Virus record (IMG/VR): IMGVR_UViG_3300011335_000318
Span: 1 to 37,113 of that record
Origin: a virus
Taxonomy: Duplodnaviria > Caudoviricetes
Reading direction: 5' to 3' (one strand)
Length of the DNA stretch: 37,113 nt
Position 1 is the first letter of the stretch; every line of letters begins with the position of its first letter. The position numbers and the translations under genes are program-made. Of this stretch, positions 34,199 through 37,113 are shown in pieces. The notes below the pieces were generated by a model. That model was not told the DNA's origin. It made no database searches and worked only from the letters and a program-made list of their open reading frames with translations.

Positions 34199-37113
34199 CA
34201 TCGTCCCGCAAAAAGACCGCGCGCTCGCCGAATACGTCGAGATCACGCTCATCTTGAACCCGCTCTCGAAGAGCGACCGGCTCGTCATGCGCATCATGGC
34301 AGGCCAGACACTCGCACAGATGATCGAGACGCTGGTCGCAGCCGAGGCGGACCGCGAGCACGTCGACGCCTTCATCGGCGGGGATTATATCCCGGCGGAT
34401 CTCTGGCCGAAGATCCGGCCCAAGTCCGGCGCGTCGATCTATATCCGGGTCTCTTTGCAGGATCCAGTCTCGATCATCTCAATCTTGGCGACCGCAGCCG
34501 CACCGACGATCGCGACAGCGGTCTTCGGCACAGCCTTGGGTGCGTTCGGGCTCGCCGTGGCCGGTGCTGCGATCTCGATGGCGATCACCTATGCCGCATC
34601 TTCGCTCTTCGGACCACGGCAGGCCCAGAGCCGAGCGGAGAGCCCATCCTATAACCTATCGGCAGCGCGCAACGGTCTGACGCCATACGCCCCCATCCCG
34701 GTCGTGCTGGGAACGCACCGAATGGTCCCGCCATATGGCGCGACGCCCTACACGGAGATCGTCGGGAACGACCAGTTCCTGCGCTTCGTGCTGATCTGGG
34801 GATACGGCCCGGTCTCGGTCAGTTCGATCAAGATCGGCAACACCGCGATCGAGGACTACACCGACGTCGAGGTCGAGCACGATTTCGCGGGGACCGCCTC
34901 GACGCTCGGGCTTTACCCGGCGGACGCCTCGCAGGAGGATCTCTCGATCCGCCTGACCGACACCTTTGTCACGCGCACGACCGCGCTCAACACGACCGAG
35001 TTCGGGCTGACCGTGACATTCCCCGCCGGGCTCTTCAAAAATAATAGCGGAGGGCGCGGCGCGCAGTCCGTCCAACTCATCGGAGAGTATCGCCTTGTTG
35101 GCGCAGGATCCTTCACGCCGTGGTTCGATCAGACCTACACGGACGACACCGCGCAGGTGAAGCGCGTCTCGCAGCGCAAGACCGCGCTCGCCTCTGGGCA
35201 ATACGAGGTCAGGATCCGGCGCGGCAACGTCGAGCAGAACCTCACAATCTCAAACCAGATCGACCGGGCAGATTGGACAGATCTCCGCTCGTTCAACACA
35301 AACGCGCAGCCGGTGAAGCTTTCCGGGATCGCAAAGAGCGCGTTTCGGATCAAGGCGACTGACCAGCTCAATGGGATCGTCCAGCAGCTCAACGCGCTGG
35401 TGTCCTTGCAAATCCCGACGTGGGATGGATCCGCATGGACGACCGCAGTCAGCACGACCTCGAACCCTGCGGCGCTCTTTCGCTATGTGCTCAAGGGCGC
35501 ACCAAACAAGAAGCCGGTCGCGGCAGCGAACATCAACGACGCACAGCTCGGCGCGTGGTTTACCTTCTGCGCGACGAACGGGTTCGCATTCGATCAGGTG
35601 CTCGACTTCCAGCTTTCGGTGCGCGACATCCTGCAAGACATCGCGAACGCTGGGAAGGCGAGCCCGGCATACGTCGACGACAAATGGACCGTGATCATCG
35701 AGCAGCCGCGCTCGACGATCGTGCAGCACTTCACGCCGCGCAACACCCGCAATTTCGGGGGCCGGATCCTTTACAACGAACTGCCCGAGGCGCTCCGGAT
35801 CCGGTTCTTCAACAAGAACGCGGATTACCGGGAGGATGAGCGGATCGTCTTCGACGACGGGTTCAACGAGGCGAACGCAACGACCTATCAGGTGATCGAC
35901 CTACCTGGGCAGACCGACCCTGACAACGTCTACAAGCTCGGGCGTCACTACATCGCAGCGGCGCGCCTTCGTCCGGAGCTATTCAATTTCGAGGTGGACA
36001 TCGAGCACTTGATCGCGCTGCGCGGCGATCTTTGCCGCCTGACGCACGACGTGCCGCGCATCGGCCAGATGTCCGGGCGCGTCGTATCGCGCGCGACTAA
36101 CACAATCGTGCTCGACGAGCCGGTTACCCGAGAGGCGGGCAAGACCTACACGCTGCGCATCCGAGCGACGATCACAAACGCATCGCTCGCGCTGACCGTG
36201 GCAGCAGTCGGGACGACCATCACGAGCAACATCGTCGACGTGACTAGCGGCGGATCCTCAGTCAACGCCGGCGATCTCTTCCAGTTTGGCGAGCAGAGCC
36301 TCGAGAGCCTCGAGGTGCTCGTCGCCGGGATCGAATACATCGACGACCTCGCCGCCTCGGTGACCTGCGTTCCCTACTCTCCGCTGATCTACAGCTCCGC
36401 GACGACGATCCCGGGATACACGACCGTCTTGTCCTCTCCCGTCTCGGCGTCGTTCATCGGTCCACCGCGCCCGACGATTTCGCAGGTCGTATCGGATGAA
36501 CGCGCGCTGCAAATCACGTCGGTCGGCGCGGTCATTCCTGCGATCTTGCTTTATGTGCAGCCGGGAAAGAGCGCGGCGACGAGCGACGGGACCGTCACCC
36601 GGACCGCACTCTTTCAGGCGCGCTTCCGCAGATCCGGCACGAACGACCCATTCACCTATGCGCCTTTTGCAGCCGTCGACGCGCCCTATATCGTTTTGAG
36701 CCCGGTCGACAACGGGGTCAACTATGACATCGGGGTGCGCGCGATCGGCCCAGACGATAGCACAACGAGTGCCTTCGCCGAGATATCGAACCATCAAGTT
36801 CTCGGTGCGAGCGCAAAACCCCCGGCGGTCGACACATTCTCGCTCAACACGATCGGCGATCACACCTATGTCGAGTGGACCTATCCCTCGATGGCGGTCG
36901 ATGTGATCGGCTATGAGATCCGCTATTCCCCGGACCAGAACAATACCGCATGGACGACAATGACCGTGCTATCGGACGCGATCCCCAGAGAGGCACGCTC
37001 GTTCACAATTCCGAGCAGATCAGGGTCATACGGGATCAAGCCGATCGACGTGCTGGGAAACCGCTCCGTCGCCGCGCTTTACGTCAACGCGTCGCTCGAG
37101 GATCCGGCGGCGC
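34191..37113 (+). CDS. Tail tip / host-specificity protein, 5' part (about 1229 aa with 1-894; absent from ORF track because it runs off the end)
   Basis: TTG start with GGAG RBS. MNNIVPQKDR...PIPVVLGTHRMVPPY...LIWGYGP...TSNPAALFRYVL. In frame with base 1 across the 127-nt overlap. Confidence 0.88.
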   Translation, partial: MNNIVPQKDRALAEYVEITLILNPLSKSDRLVMRIMAGQTLAQMIETLVAAEADREHVDAFIGGDYIPADLWPKIRPKSGASIYIRVSLQDPVSIISILATAAAPTIATAVFGTALGAFGLAVAGAAISMAITYAASSLFGPRQAQSRAESPSYNLSAARNGLTPYAPIPVVLGTHRMVPPYGATPYTEIVGNDQFLRFVLIWGYGPVSVSSIKIGNTAIEDYTDVEVEHDFAGTASTLGLYPADASQEDLSIRLTDTFVTRTTALNTTEFGLTVTFPAGLFKNNSGGRGAQSVQLIGEYRLVGAGSFTPWFDQTYTDDTAQVKRVSQRKTALASGQYEVRIRRGNVEQNLTISNQIDRADWTDLRSFNTNAQPVKLSGIAKSAFRIKATDQLNGIVQQLNALVSLQIPTWDGSAWTTAVSTTSNPAALFRYVLKGAPNKKPVAAANINDAQLGAWFTFCATNGFAFDQVLDFQLSVRDILQDIANAGKASPAYVDDKWTVIIEQPRSTIVQHFTPRNTRNFGGRILYNELPEALRIRFFNKNADYREDERIVFDDGFNEANATTYQVIDLPGQTDPDNVYKLGRHYIAAARLRPELFNFEVDIEHLIALRGDLCRLTHDVPRIGQMSGRVVSRATNTIVLDEPVTREAGKTYTLRIRATITNASLALTVAAVGTTITSNIVDVTSGGSSVNAGDLFQFGEQSLESLEVLVAGIEYIDDLAASVTCVPYSPLIYSSATTIPGYTTVLSSPVSASFIGPPRPTISQVVSDERALQITSVGAVIPAILLYVQPGKSAATSDGTVTRTALFQARFRRSGTNDPFTYAPFAAVDAPYIVLSPVDNGVNYDIGVRAIGPDDSTTSAFAEISNHQVLGASAKPPAVDTFSLNTIGDHTYVEWTYPSMAVDVIGYEIRYSPDQNNTAWTTMTVLSDAIPREARSFTIPSRSGSYGIKPIDVLGNRSVAALYVNASLEDPAA
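36987..37113. repeat. Terminal direct repeat, right copy
   Basis: Identical to 1-127. Confidence 0.97.

Noticed and set aside
36987-37113. 127-nt terminal repeat as a biological terminal repeat or att site
   Set aside because: It falls mid-gene and its length equals a common assembler k-mer, so it is best explained as circular-contig overlap.

Overview
Apparently complete, circularly assembled genome (about 36,986 bp plus a 127-nt terminal overlap) of a high-GC tailed dsDNA phage with a non-contractile (siphovirus-type) tail. An alphaproteobacterial host is likely but inferred. Layout: tail tip, fibre and lysis cassette (1-4567, +); leftward early/replication arm (4695-13090, -: small regulators, beta-clamp-like protein, DUF6011, family A DNA polymerase, SSB-like protein, Cas4/RecB-like nuclease, SleB hydrolase, SNF2-like helicase, C5 DNA methyltransferase); divergent control region (13091-13294); then rightward Prim-Pol/helicase, resolvase, terminase, head and tail genes (13295-37113, wrapping into position 1). 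I recognise no integrase or CI-type repressor. Most notable: (i) two copies of a ~130-nt structured non-coding element upstream of the packaging and head operons, with a compensatory base change, an alternative helix and a loop complementary to a motif repeated in six early-gene leaders; (ii) a C5 methyltransferase with permuted motif order whose missing motif IX lies in a nested +1-frame ORF; (iii) a MuF head protein with a C-terminal HEXXH metallopeptidase and a tiny coupled ORF; (iv) a multi-domain prohead protease whose last conserved strand sits on the next gene; (v) apparent absence of GANTC, GTAC and CTGCAG. All family calls come from motif recognition by eye, not database searches.
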